Of a stretch of 64,000 nucleotides of DNA, positions 7,901 to 16,764 are shown piece by piece (position 1 is the stretch's first letter; each line of letters begins with the position of its first letter). The position numbers and the translations under genes are program-made. Source of the stretch: an uncultured Cytophagia bacterium (GTDB lineage Bacteria > Zhuqueibacterota > Zhuqueibacteria > Thermofontimicrobiales > Thermofontimicrobiaceae). Under the pieces are notes generated by a model. That model had not been told where the DNA came from. It was given only the letters and a program-made list of their open reading frames with translations, and did no database searches. Location of the stretch: positions 34,753 through 98,752 of the forward strand of contig CAZSBG010000002.1 in the NCBI GenBank assembly GCA_964605145.1, in the 5' to 3' direction.

Positions 7901-8857
7901 ATGTTCAATAAAACCATTTTTGTTTTACTGACCGCCTGGCTGCTCTTTCCATTGGGAAGCCAGGGATTTGATAAACAGGCGAAAACAAAAGTATCATCCA
8001 CGCTGACAAAACGGGATTCAGCGTTGATCAACGCCAATCAAATTTCGATGATCGTGATGAACAATGGAACGTTTGCGCGCGATCCGATGACAGGGGACGC
8101 TGCTTTTTTTTATCCAAAGGGCACGGATAAAAAGTTATTGTATGCGGCGGGAATTGAAATCGCCGGAAAAGTGAACGGGGAGATTCGCACAGCAGCCGCA
8201 AATTATAATATGGAATTTCAGCCAGGAAAAATTTTAGCAAGCGGGGCGGCCGACGATCCAAATTTGGAGAAATATCGGATTTACAAAATCAAGCCGGGCG
8301 ATTCGGGGGACCCGGGGAGTCCGAATTACAACATCGATTACGCGGAGTGGCCGATTGAAGATGGCGCGCCGGTGGACGCGTTTGGAAATCCGCTCATCAT
8401 CGGCGACCAGACGTTGTGGCTCGTTTTCAATGATGCGGATGAAAGCCTTCACGCTAACTGCTACGACACAGAACCGTTCAATCTTGAATTGCAGTTGCTT
8501 ATCTGGGCGTTCGACGATGATTCCACAGCCCTGGGCAAAACCGTTTTTATGCAGTATACGCTGATCAATAAGAGCCAGTATTCCATTGAAGATGCCTTTA
8601 TCGGGATTTGGTCTGACGCCGATGTGGGCGACGCCAACGATGACGCCCTTGCCTGCGATACCACGCTGGATTTAACGTATGCTTATAACGGGTATGATCG
8701 CGATTTTGTGTATGGGACGGATGTCCCTGCTGTTGGAGTCTGTTTGCTGCAAGGCCCGGTAGTACCTTCCAGCGGCGAAACCGCCCCTCAATTTTTGCAT
8801 GCTCCAATCCCAAATGCGCGGAACTTGGGCATGACCTCAACTAACGCCTATTACTGA
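7901..8857 (+). CDS. N-terminal fragment of a ~1060-aa T9SS cargo protein, ended by an in-frame TGA at 8855-8857
   Basis: GGAGGAG sits before the ATG at 7901; the track ORF starts at 7871. Signal peptide present. Collinear with the N-terminus of the paralog 11108..14323 (GDQTLW, SDADVGDANDD vs SDPDVGDANND). Same reading frame as 8909..11080, with no other stop between them. Confidence 0.75.
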   Translation: MFNKTIFVLLTAWLLFPLGSQGFDKQAKTKVSSTLTKRDSALINANQISMIVMNNGTFARDPMTGDAAFFYPKGTDKKLLYAAGIEIAGKVNGEIRTAAANYNMEFQPGKILASGAADDPNLEKYRIYKIKPGDSGDPGSPNYNIDYAEWPIEDGAPVDAFGNPLIIGDQTLWLVFNDADESLHANCYDTEPFNLELQLLIWAFDDDSTALGKTVFMQYTLINKSQYSIEDAFIGIWSDADVGDANDDALACDTTLDLTYAYNGYDRDFVYGTDVPAVGVCLLQGPVVPSSGETAPQFLHAPIPNARNLGMTSTNAYY

Positions 8858-8908
8858 GCGCATGATAGATTCAGGGACCCTGAATATTCGAGTCGCGGTG
8901 CGACTCAA

Positions 8909-11080
8909 TTGTATGGTAATTTTGAAGGATTGGATTTTTTAGGCGATCCGACAGTTGATTTGTCTACGGGAGAGAATTCTCCGTTTATGAACAGCGGAAA
9001 TCCTGTTTTCAATACAGGCTGGTTACAGGACCTCTATATAAAGCCTTGCGAGTTAAATTTCTTGCAGGGCAGCGGCGCGTTTTCACTCGCGCCCATGGAT
9101 AGGCAGCGCGTGGTTTACGCTCTCATCGTCGGCCATGGAGAAACGCATTTGGAGAGTATATTGGATTTGAGACGCAATACAAATTTTATCCGAGATGTTT
9201 TTCGCAATGAATTTCAGATGAAGGCCTGGACAGATGTCGAGATGCGAACGCTTTCCCAACCGGAAATGGAGATGGACGTTCGGACGAAAATCGAAACCGA
9301 TATGGGCGTTCAGTCGGTACAGGCGGATTTGTTCACCTACGGAGATTCGCTCGTACACACGATTGATTTATTCGATGATGGTGCGAATGGGGATATTCTT
9401 GCAGGTGATTTTGTTTTTAGCCGGATATTTACTCTAAATGCCATTCCGCGGGCGCTGTTTCTCAATCTTCGAATAAAAGATGGGAGCGGAGATGAACATC
9501 TTTTTTCCCATGCTCGCGATAATATTTCTGTTATCTTCCCAAATATTTTTATCTCTGAAATTGATGTGGTCGCAGATCATCTTAATAGCGACGGGAAAAT
9601 CAATCCCGGGGAAAATGTGCGGCTCAGCTTCGGCATTAAAAACGATTTGCCGTTTAAAATCAATTCGCTGAATGTATTGATGCGGCCGGATTCAGCAAAT
9701 ATTTCAGCAGATCCGAAGCATTTCTTTTTCAAAGATATTGGGGAGAATGAAACTGTAAGCATGAATTACAATCCACAAGACGAAACGACCTATTTTGAAA
9801 TAAATGTCTCGAATGACATCCCGGCAGGCAATCCGATAAACAACAGAATTTATTTGAAATATAAATTGTATGCCAATGAACATTATATTTGGGACAGGGG
9901 ATTCAGCGCATCGTTATCGGTTGAACCGCTGGACTACGTTCCCAATACAGTGCTTCCTGCACACATTGCCGGCTTTAGCAGCGCGAAATTTGAAATCAGC
10001 GTCATTCAGCCGGACCAGCTCACCGGGCATGCCTACGCGATTACAGTGAGCGATTCGATCAATGAAGATGCAGATCAGGGCTTTAATCTCATCGATCAAA
10101 CGCTGGGTGATACGCTGCTGAAACATCAGGCGGCTCCTGACTTTTACGCGCACAACATTCCCATTACTGATGGTTTCAAGGTAATCAAGGCGTTTCTGCC
10201 TGAAGACGAAATTAGCGGTTATTTCGATGCAGCGTCGGGCGGCGATTTGCAGCCATTTTCCGGCATAAACTCTGATGGCAGTTTATCGAAAGCGTATGTC
10301 ACTTTTGGCAGCGCTCCCCTGAATACATATTGCCAGGTGGAAATCGAGTTCACCAACCGAATCGATACGAGCGGTGTGCTTGGTGTTCCATCGGGGCAGG
10401 GAGGTTTTCAGCATACGTTTTCTCCTGTAAATGGCATTGCCGGATTTTTTCCGTGCGGTATAAATGTCTGGAAAATTGTGGACGATCAGAGATTGGGTAG
10501 ATTGAATATCATTTTCGAGGAATTTGATCCTGCTTTTCCAACCTATAACGAAACCTGGACGCCTGGCGAGTGGTTGTACATCATGTCCTGTGAATATGAT
10601 GAAACCGGCCAGTTATACATGGGCTTGCCTGAAATTCCACTCAATGATGTGTTATATAAACTGAAACTTGTGCTCAGAAGTCCTTACAGTTATGCCGGCC
10701 CCGGCGATAAACTTGATTTTGAACGACTGTTTGTAGCCACGGCTGAGGATATGTGGCTTTTTACTCCAACAAAAAGTTATGATGAAGAAAAACAAATTCC
10801 GACAAGATTTCAATTATTGCAGAATTATCCCAATCCCTTCAATCCCACGACTACAATTCGATTTTCAATTGAGAAAAATTCAAAAGTTAGTCTGAAAATA
10901 TATAATATTCTGGGCCAGGAGGTCGCGGAATTGTTCAATCGCGTGGCAATGCCCGGCGAGTATGCAGTTAATTGGGATGGTAACGATCGGTTCGGACGGT
11001 CGGTAGTTTCGGGCATTTATTTCGCCAGATTGGAGACAAGCGCCGGGACGAGGTTGATAAAAATGGCGTTGATTCGATAA
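8909..11080 (+). CDS. C-terminal continuation of the interrupted T9SS cargo protein, with T9SS type-A sorting domain
   Basis: The frame is open from 8858, immediately after the TGA. Ends QNYPNPFNPTTTIRFSIEKNSKVSLKIYNILGQEV...SGIYFARLETSAGTRLIKMALIR. No credible independent start or RBS at 8909 (TTG). Confidence 0.7.
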   Translation: MYGNFEGLDFLGDPTVDLSTGENSPFMNSGNPVFNTGWLQDLYIKPCELNFLQGSGAFSLAPMDRQRVVYALIVGHGETHLESILDLRRNTNFIRDVFRNEFQMKAWTDVEMRTLSQPEMEMDVRTKIETDMGVQSVQADLFTYGDSLVHTIDLFDDGANGDILAGDFVFSRIFTLNAIPRALFLNLRIKDGSGDEHLFSHARDNISVIFPNIFISEIDVVADHLNSDGKINPGENVRLSFGIKNDLPFKINSLNVLMRPDSANISADPKHFFFKDIGENETVSMNYNPQDETTYFEINVSNDIPAGNPINNRIYLKYKLYANEHYIWDRGFSASLSVEPLDYVPNTVLPAHIAGFSSAKFEISVIQPDQLTGHAYAITVSDSINEDADQGFNLIDQTLGDTLLKHQAAPDFYAHNIPITDGFKVIKAFLPEDEISGYFDAASGGDLQPFSGINSDGSLSKAYVTFGSAPLNTYCQVEIEFTNRIDTSGVLGVPSGQGGFQHTFSPVNGIAGFFPCGINVWKIVDDQRLGRLNIIFEEFDPAFPTYNETWTPGEWLYIMSCEYDETGQLYMGLPEIPLNDVLYKLKLVLRSPYSYAGPGDKLDFERLFVATAEDMWLFTPTKSYDEEKQIPTRFQLLQNYPNPFNPTTTIRFSIEKNSKVSLKIYNILGQEVAELFNRVAMPGEYAVNWDGNDRFGRSVVSGIYFARLETSAGTRLIKMALIR

Positions 11081-11107
11081 TTATAAAAAAATCAAAGGAG
11101 AGAAAAA

Positions 11108-14100
11108 GTGAAATACAAAATATTGCTTCTGATTTTAGCATTTCATTCGTTTGTTTTCTCCGAAGAAAATAAAACCAATTCACTGAAGAAACCAGCGGTC
11201 TACTCATCCAAATATTTTGATGTCAACAGAATTGTCTGCTCGGTGCATAACGACGGCGTTTTTGCGAGGCGCCCCATTACCGGGAACAGCGATTTTAAAT
11301 TTGACGACGATTACCTGATTTACACATCCGGCCTGTGGCTGGCCGCCAAAGTGAACGGCGAAGTCAGGGCGTCAGCGGCAGATTTTAACACGGACTGGGT
11401 CGGCGGCGCCATCGATGAGTTTGGGAATCCTTTTGGCAAGGAAGACTCCACGTTCCGCGTCTACAAAATTTCCCGCGGGGATAACGGGGCCACAAATCCG
11501 GATTACGCGCAGTGGCCGTCACATTTGGGCGCGCCAACCGATGCGCAAGGCAATCCACTTATTTTGGGCGATCAAACATTGTGGTGCAGCTTCACCGATT
11601 CTTATTCGGAAAATAGGGAATATAACCAATGTCCCCCGCTGGGAGCCGAGGTGCATCTCACAGTCTGGGGCTGGAACGATATCGATAATGTCATGTTTCT
11701 CCGTTGGGAGGTTATCAACAAAAGTCAGCGGCAATGGGACGATGCGTATTTGGGCATTTATTCGGATCCGGATGTGGGCGATGCAAATAACGATTTGACA
11801 GGGAGCGACAGCACATTAAGTCTTGCCTATTGTTATGATGAAGGATCAAGAAATTATTATAACAATAATTTCTCCGTGGGATATCTTATGTTCGAATCTC
11901 CGTCAGTTTCCTCCATCGGTGACACAGCGAATACATGGTGGGGACCAAAGGAAAATTATAAAAATGTGCCAATTTATTCGCCAAGGATGGAAAAAGGTTT
12001 AGGCGGGTCTGGCTGGAACGATATTCCATATAATGAATTAGCATCTCAGTATATATACAATCGGTTACGTTGCCTGGATTTTAATGGCGATCCTGCAATT
12101 GATCCAATCACGAATCTTCCGAGCAACTGGGCATTCTCCGGGGATCCAGTCACACAGACTGGATGGATTGATGATTACCCTCCGAGGGACAGGCGAATGA
12201 TGCTCTCCACAGGGCCGGTTACGCTGGCGCCGGGCGATACAGCCGCAATCACACTGGCGATAATGCCGGTTCAGCGCAATAAAGCGATGGATACGATCGT
12301 GGATTTGAAGAATAACACAAGAGCAGCGCTGGAGGCGTTTCAAAATGGCGCCGGCTTTTATTCGGAAAAACAATATGCGGCTCCCGGCCAGCAGGGCTTT
12401 CTCGCCCCAGTCGGATTGCTGAATTTTCAGGAAATAACGAAGATTGAATTTATGGTTCATTGGGAAACGGAAAAACTGATTTTTCGTGACCTCGAACCGG
12501 TCAATCGCGCTGAAAAATTTTCTGTGAATATAGATCGAGTCGATCCCGGAAAGGCGCGCGTTGAATTGGTGAATCCTGTCTCGGAAGTTCTCTCGGTCGG
12601 GAACGGGGACATTTTCCAAATCGAGTTTGATGTTGCCGCAGATAATGTAAGCGAAATCATCGAATTTCAAATCCGCGACGCAAGCGCGGTGAACACTGAG
12701 GGAAATTCAATAGAAATGAATTCAATAGAAAGTAAAATCGGGATTGAGAGAATGCCTCCGCCGCCGCAATTATACACGCCGCTCAATGGTCAATATTTGG
12801 ATGGAATGAATGTTCAATTCACCTGGTCGTGCGCCGGAAAAGAGGGCGAAAGCATCAACTGGCTTAAATTCGAAAATGACACATGGAATAAAGAGATTGT
12901 GTTCGATACTACAATTACTCTGCCCATGAGACAATTTCTGTTTAACCCGAACCGGCCGGATCAAATTGGATGGTATGTATCGGTAATGGATTATTCCAAA
13001 CCTCTGGTATCCGAGGAAATGTTTTATTTCAGCGTTCCCTCTGACGAGGATTTGAGTTTCGTCCGTCAAATTCTGGAATACGATATTTCAGATACGATAG
13101 TTGCCTGGCCGAGAGTGAAAACATTCGCCATTCAGCTTCCATTTATATATCTCATCAAAGAGATAGAATTGGGATCGGTGCATCATGAGTTAACGGTCGT
13201 GCGACTTTTTGAAAATCATTCCCAAATTGTGAATAAACAAGATTTGTCTCCGTTTTTTTCTGATGGACAATTGATCGTTTCGGGAGACAGGGCATTTTCG
13301 TATTATAACAACCTCATTTACATGTACACCATTACAGAAAATCAGCAATTCGTTTTTGATAAATATGTAAGCGTAGCTTGTCCAATCGGTGTTCTTTTAA
13401 AAAACGAAAATAACTTTTACATTCTCTCTGAGGAATATTCAGCACCTCAAATTTTAATCTATAAATTGAATGATTGGGGGGACCTGATAAAAATAAGTGA
13501 AATTTCGCTGGCTGGTTGGTCCGATGAAACGAGAGAGAGCTCGGGAGAAGCCATACGCCTGAAAGATGGGCGGTTATTTGTGGCGTACGGCGACTGGGGG
13601 ATATTCGATGTGTCCGATCCGGGTACGCCACAGTTATTAGCGCGGTGCGATATTCCGGATGAGGCGGCATCCATTGACTACGAGGATGGCAAGGTCTATG
13701 TCGGTGGAGATAAATATTGGTTGGGCATTTATGACATCAATCAACCTGAAAATCCACAGCTCATTTACAGCGAGACAATCGAGGATTCGTGGGATGATTG
13801 GGCGCAGCACATCGATGTTGTCGAAGAAAAAATTTACCTCAAGAATTATACACGAATGCAGGTCTGTCATTATGAACCGGGCAGTGGATTCGTCATCGAT
13901 GGGATTTTTAATGAGCGCGAACTGGTAAAAATATTTCAGGATCGAATTTATGTTATCGATTGGCGTTGGGATTGGCAAACGACAATACGCATCTATGAAA
14001 ACAGATTTTTGACTGGCGCAAATTCGAATGAAAATGGAGAAACGGCGGACTTTCAGTTGAGGCAAAACTACCCCAATCCATTCAACAATTCAACCTGCAT

Positions 14101-14323
14101 TTCATTTTATCTTGAGAAAAATGGTCCCATTGCAGTAACCATCTACAATGTGAATGGCCAAAAAGTGAAGACACTGTACGAGGGAAAAAAACAAGCTGGC
14201 AGCCATAGAATCGAATGGGACGGGAGAAATCAGGCGGGGGAGTCCGTTGCCTCAGGCCTTTATCTCTGCCGGCTCAAAACGAAAGAGCACATCGCCACAA
14301 AAAAGATGTTGCTTTTGAGGTGA
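11108..14323 (+). CDS. T9SS-secreted protein: paralogous N-terminal module, LVIVD-like beta-propeller repeats, T9SS type-A sorting domain
   Basis: 1071 aa. AAAGGAGAG precedes the GTG start. Signal peptide present. Repeats such as DGRLFVAYGDWGIFDVSDPGTPQLL and DGKVYVGGDKYWLGIYDINQPENPQLI. C-terminus RQNYPNPFNNSTCISFYL...SGLYLCRLKTKEHIATKKMLLLR. Confidence 0.85.
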   Translation: MKYKILLLILAFHSFVFSEENKTNSLKKPAVYSSKYFDVNRIVCSVHNDGVFARRPITGNSDFKFDDDYLIYTSGLWLAAKVNGEVRASAADFNTDWVGGAIDEFGNPFGKEDSTFRVYKISRGDNGATNPDYAQWPSHLGAPTDAQGNPLILGDQTLWCSFTDSYSENREYNQCPPLGAEVHLTVWGWNDIDNVMFLRWEVINKSQRQWDDAYLGIYSDPDVGDANNDLTGSDSTLSLAYCYDEGSRNYYNNNFSVGYLMFESPSVSSIGDTANTWWGPKENYKNVPIYSPRMEKGLGGSGWNDIPYNELASQYIYNRLRCLDFNGDPAIDPITNLPSNWAFSGDPVTQTGWIDDYPPRDRRMMLSTGPVTLAPGDTAAITLAIMPVQRNKAMDTIVDLKNNTRAALEAFQNGAGFYSEKQYAAPGQQGFLAPVGLLNFQEITKIEFMVHWETEKLIFRDLEPVNRAEKFSVNIDRVDPGKARVELVNPVSEVLSVGNGDIFQIEFDVAADNVSEIIEFQIRDASAVNTEGNSIEMNSIESKIGIERMPPPPQLYTPLNGQYLDGMNVQFTWSCAGKEGESINWLKFENDTWNKEIVFDTTITLPMRQFLFNPNRPDQIGWYVSVMDYSKPLVSEEMFYFSVPSDEDLSFVRQILEYDISDTIVAWPRVKTFAIQLPFIYLIKEIELGSVHHELTVVRLFENHSQIVNKQDLSPFFSDGQLIVSGDRAFSYYNNLIYMYTITENQQFVFDKYVSVACPIGVLLKNENNFYILSEEYSAPQILIYKLNDWGDLIKISEISLAGWSDETRESSGEAIRLKDGRLFVAYGDWGIFDVSDPGTPQLLARCDIPDEAASIDYEDGKVYVGGDKYWLGIYDINQPENPQLIYSETIEDSWDDWAQHIDVVEEKIYLKNYTRMQVCHYEPGSGFVIDGIFNERELVKIFQDRIYVIDWRWDWQTTIRIYENRFLTGANSNENGETADFQLRQNYPNPFNNSTCISFYLEKNGPIAVTIYNVNGQKVKTLYEGKKQAGSHRIEWDGRNQAGESVASGLYLCRLKTKEHIATKKMLLLR

Positions 14324-14367
14324 TATTTTTTCATATTTCTTTGTGGGAGAATTTTCAGGAGAAATGG

Positions 14368-15393
14368 ATGATCCAGATCGATGGCTCTTTTGGCGAAGGC
14401 GGCGGCCAGATTTTGCGGACATCGCTGACGCTGGCTTTAATGACCGGCACGTCGTTTGAAATAAAAAATATCCGGGCGAACCGAAAGCGGCCCGGTTTAA
14501 TGACCCAGCATCTCAAAAGTGTGGAAGCTGCGAAGCTCATCTGCAATGGCAATGTGCGCGGCGCTGAAATGAAATCGACCAACCTGGTGTTCGAGCCGGG
14601 AACGGTTGCGCCGGGCGACTATTCCATCAATATCCAAACGGCAGGCTCAACCTCGCTGGTGTTTCAGACAATTTACCTGCCTCTGACGCTTTGCTACTCA
14701 GAATCAAAAATCACAATAACCGGCGGAACGCACGTGCCGTGGAGTCCCTGTTTTCATTATTTGAAAAATCAGTGGCAGCCGGCGTTGGAGAAGATCGGCT
14801 TCAAAATGAAATTCACGCTCGATCGGGCCGGGTTTTATCCCCAGGGCCAGGGAAGGATTCGGATAACGATTTCCCCCATCGAAAAAATTCAGCCAATAAG
14901 TTTAACAGAACGCGGCTCGCTAATCAAAATCGCTGGTATTTCAGCCGTTGCAAATCTGGACAAAAGCGTAGCAGAACGACAGCAGCGCCAGGCACAGAGG
15001 CGATTGGAAAAAGCGGGATTTGAAACGGAGATAAAAATCGAGGCCATGCCGGCGAAATACAAAAATACAATGTGTATGATTCAGCCCATTTACGAAAAAT
15101 GCAGCGGCTGCTTCACGGCCCTGGGCGCCATTGGCAAACGCGCCGAGAAGGTCGCGGAAGAGGCTGTTGCCAAAGCCATCGATTACTTGAACAGTAACGG
15201 TTGCGTCGATAAATATTTGGCGGATCAACTCATCTTGCCGCTTGCGTTCGCAAAGGGAAAATCGGAATATACAACCACAGAAATTACCGAACATTTGAGG
15301 ACGAATATCGAGGTCATGAAAAAATTCCTCGATATCGAAATTCGCGTTGAAAAGGATTCTGATAGTTGTGGCCGAATCACCATTGTGAATTGA
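14368..15393 (+). CDS. rtcA: RNA 3'-terminal phosphate cyclase
   Basis: MIQIDGSFGEGGGQILRTSLTLALMTG...RKRPGLMTQHL is the RtcA N-terminal signature. AGGAGA precedes the ATG at 14368. The track extension back to 14215 overlaps the upstream gene and is not credible. Confidence 0.85.
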   Translation: MIQIDGSFGEGGGQILRTSLTLALMTGTSFEIKNIRANRKRPGLMTQHLKSVEAAKLICNGNVRGAEMKSTNLVFEPGTVAPGDYSINIQTAGSTSLVFQTIYLPLTLCYSESKITITGGTHVPWSPCFHYLKNQWQPALEKIGFKMKFTLDRAGFYPQGQGRIRITISPIEKIQPISLTERGSLIKIAGISAVANLDKSVAERQQRQAQRRLEKAGFETEIKIEAMPAKYKNTMCMIQPIYEKCSGCFTALGAIGKRAEKVAEEAVAKAIDYLNSNGCVDKYLADQLILPLAFAKGKSEYTTTEITEHLRTNIEVMKKFLDIEIRVEKDSDSCGRITIVN

Positions 15394-16761
15394 TCAGTTG
15401 TTCAAAATCAGGATCAGGCTATCAAAGGCGCCTATCTGTAATTTATTTTTTTCGGATGGAAAAGTCACTTCTTTTTGGCGGTTCACCCGGAAAATCTTTT
15501 TGGGCGCGTTAATTTTGGTATCTATTTCAATGGGTAAATATTTCGAAGAAAAATTAATGGCCACAAGAGCGCGCTGGCCGTTTTTATTGGAACGTAAGAA
15601 TGTGACCACTTTTTCCGGGTGGTCATTTTTAATTTTGGTGAAATCACCCTCAACGAAAACCGAATATTTCTTCCTCAACCCGATGAGGAATTGGTAGAAA
15701 TCAAAAAATCCTTCTGCCCCGTGCCGATTCCAGTTGATGTCCTGTTTTTCGAACAGGTTGAGAAAATTCGGGTCCCCCACTTCCTGTCCGTTGTACAGCA
15801 ACGGTATTCCATCGATGGTGAAAATGAACGCAGCATAGGGACGGAACCGCTTCGGTCCGAAAACCTCCGTCGCCCGCCCCATGTCGTGATTTTCGATGAA
15901 GCGCAATCTCAATGAATCTGCGGGGAAATCATTCTTGCGCTGAATCAGCAAATCGATGAGATGTTCGGCCGGCGCTTTTCCTTTGACCACATCGAGGGAT
16001 TTGTAGTACAAAACCCAGTCATAAGTGGAATCAAAGGAAAATTTGTGCATCTGAGGATCTTCCCATTCGGCAAGCAGGAAAATGTCAGATTTGATGGCCT
16101 CGAGTTCTTTGCGTACTTCAGCCCAGAATTTTTCCGGCACCAGCCCTGCCACATCGCATCGAAAGCCATCGATGTCAAATTCCCTGACCCAGTAGAGGAT
16201 TGCTTCTTTCATATAATTCCAGAGGTCAGGATTCTCAAAATTTAAATCTGTTACGTCGCTCCATTGGCTTATTTTCCGGGTGAAACTGCCAAGTTCATCC
16301 TGCCGGAACCAGTCAGGGTACTCTTCCATAGCGACATGATCGTTGGATGAATGGTTCGCCACCATGTCGATGATGACGCGCATGCCGGCGTTGTGAATTT
16401 CATCCACGACTTTTTTGAAGTTCTCTTTCGTGCCGTATTCCGGATTGGTTTCGAAATAATCGCGGATGGAATAGGGGCAGCCAAGACTTCCTTTCTTGCC
16501 TTTCTTCCCGATTGGAAAAATGGGCATGAACCAGATAATATCGACGCCCAATCTTTTTAATTCAGGAATTCTATCCACCATCCCGGTAAAAGTGCCATTT
16601 TTGCAAAAGCTTCGCGAGAACACTTCGTAAATTACGCCGTGTTTCGCCCAATCCGGCGTTTTTCTGCTTCGAAGATGTGACAGAGGCTCCCGATAAATAA
16701 TACCCATTTTTTCGAGTGGTGTAATTTTACTCATACTAATTGATTCCAAAATTAATGACAC
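15394..16761 (-). CDS. GH13 alpha-amylase family glycoside hydrolase (cytoplasmic)
   Basis: GH13 conserved regions: VIIDMVANHSS, GFRCDVAG, LLAEWE, FIENHD. No signal peptide. Start uncertain (GTG 16761, ATG 16734 or 16707). Confidence 0.85.
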   Translation of the reverse strand: MSLILESISMSKITPLEKMGIIYREPLSHLRSRKTPDWAKHGVIYEVFSRSFCKNGTFTGMVDRIPELKRLGVDIIWFMPIFPIGKKGKKGSLGCPYSIRDYFETNPEYGTKENFKKVVDEIHNAGMRVIIDMVANHSSNDHVAMEEYPDWFRQDELGSFTRKISQWSDVTDLNFENPDLWNYMKEAILYWVREFDIDGFRCDVAGLVPEKFWAEVRKELEAIKSDIFLLAEWEDPQMHKFSFDSTYDWVLYYKSLDVVKGKAPAEHLIDLLIQRKNDFPADSLRLRFIENHDMGRATEVFGPKRFRPYAAFIFTIDGIPLLYNGQEVGDPNFLNLFEKQDINWNRHGAEGFFDFYQFLIGLRKKYSVFVEGDFTKIKNDHPEKVVTFLRSNKNGQRALVAINFSSKYLPIEIDTKINAPKKIFRVNRQKEVTFPSEKNKLQIGAFDSLILILNN

Positions 16762-16764
16762 ATG

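Noticed and set aside
8855-8906. Selenocysteine insertion (bacterial SECIS) as the explanation for the in-frame TGA followed by hairpins
   Set aside because: The protein is an extracellular T9SS cargo protein with no redox motif around the TGA. The paralog has no Cys/Sec at the aligned region that I can see. The hairpins are short perfect stems and do not have the bulged ~40-nt SECIS shape with a GGU-type apical loop at the usual distance. No sel genes are in the window. It is kept only as a remote option inside the read-through finding.
12065-12670. 201-aa antisense ORF inside the 1071-aa T9SS gene. Similar long antisense ORFs occur at 49829..50356, 51285..51773, 55732..56310, 26148..26765 and 38999..39502.
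   Set aside because: All lie fully within confidently assigned genes on the opposite strand. They lack RBS motifs and give low-information translations.
14215-14367. N-terminal extension of rtcA in the ORF track (start at 14215)
   Set aside because: The extension overlaps the 3' end of the upstream T9SS gene in another frame and has no similarity to RtcA. A good AGGAGA RBS precedes the ATG at 14368, where the RtcA signature begins.
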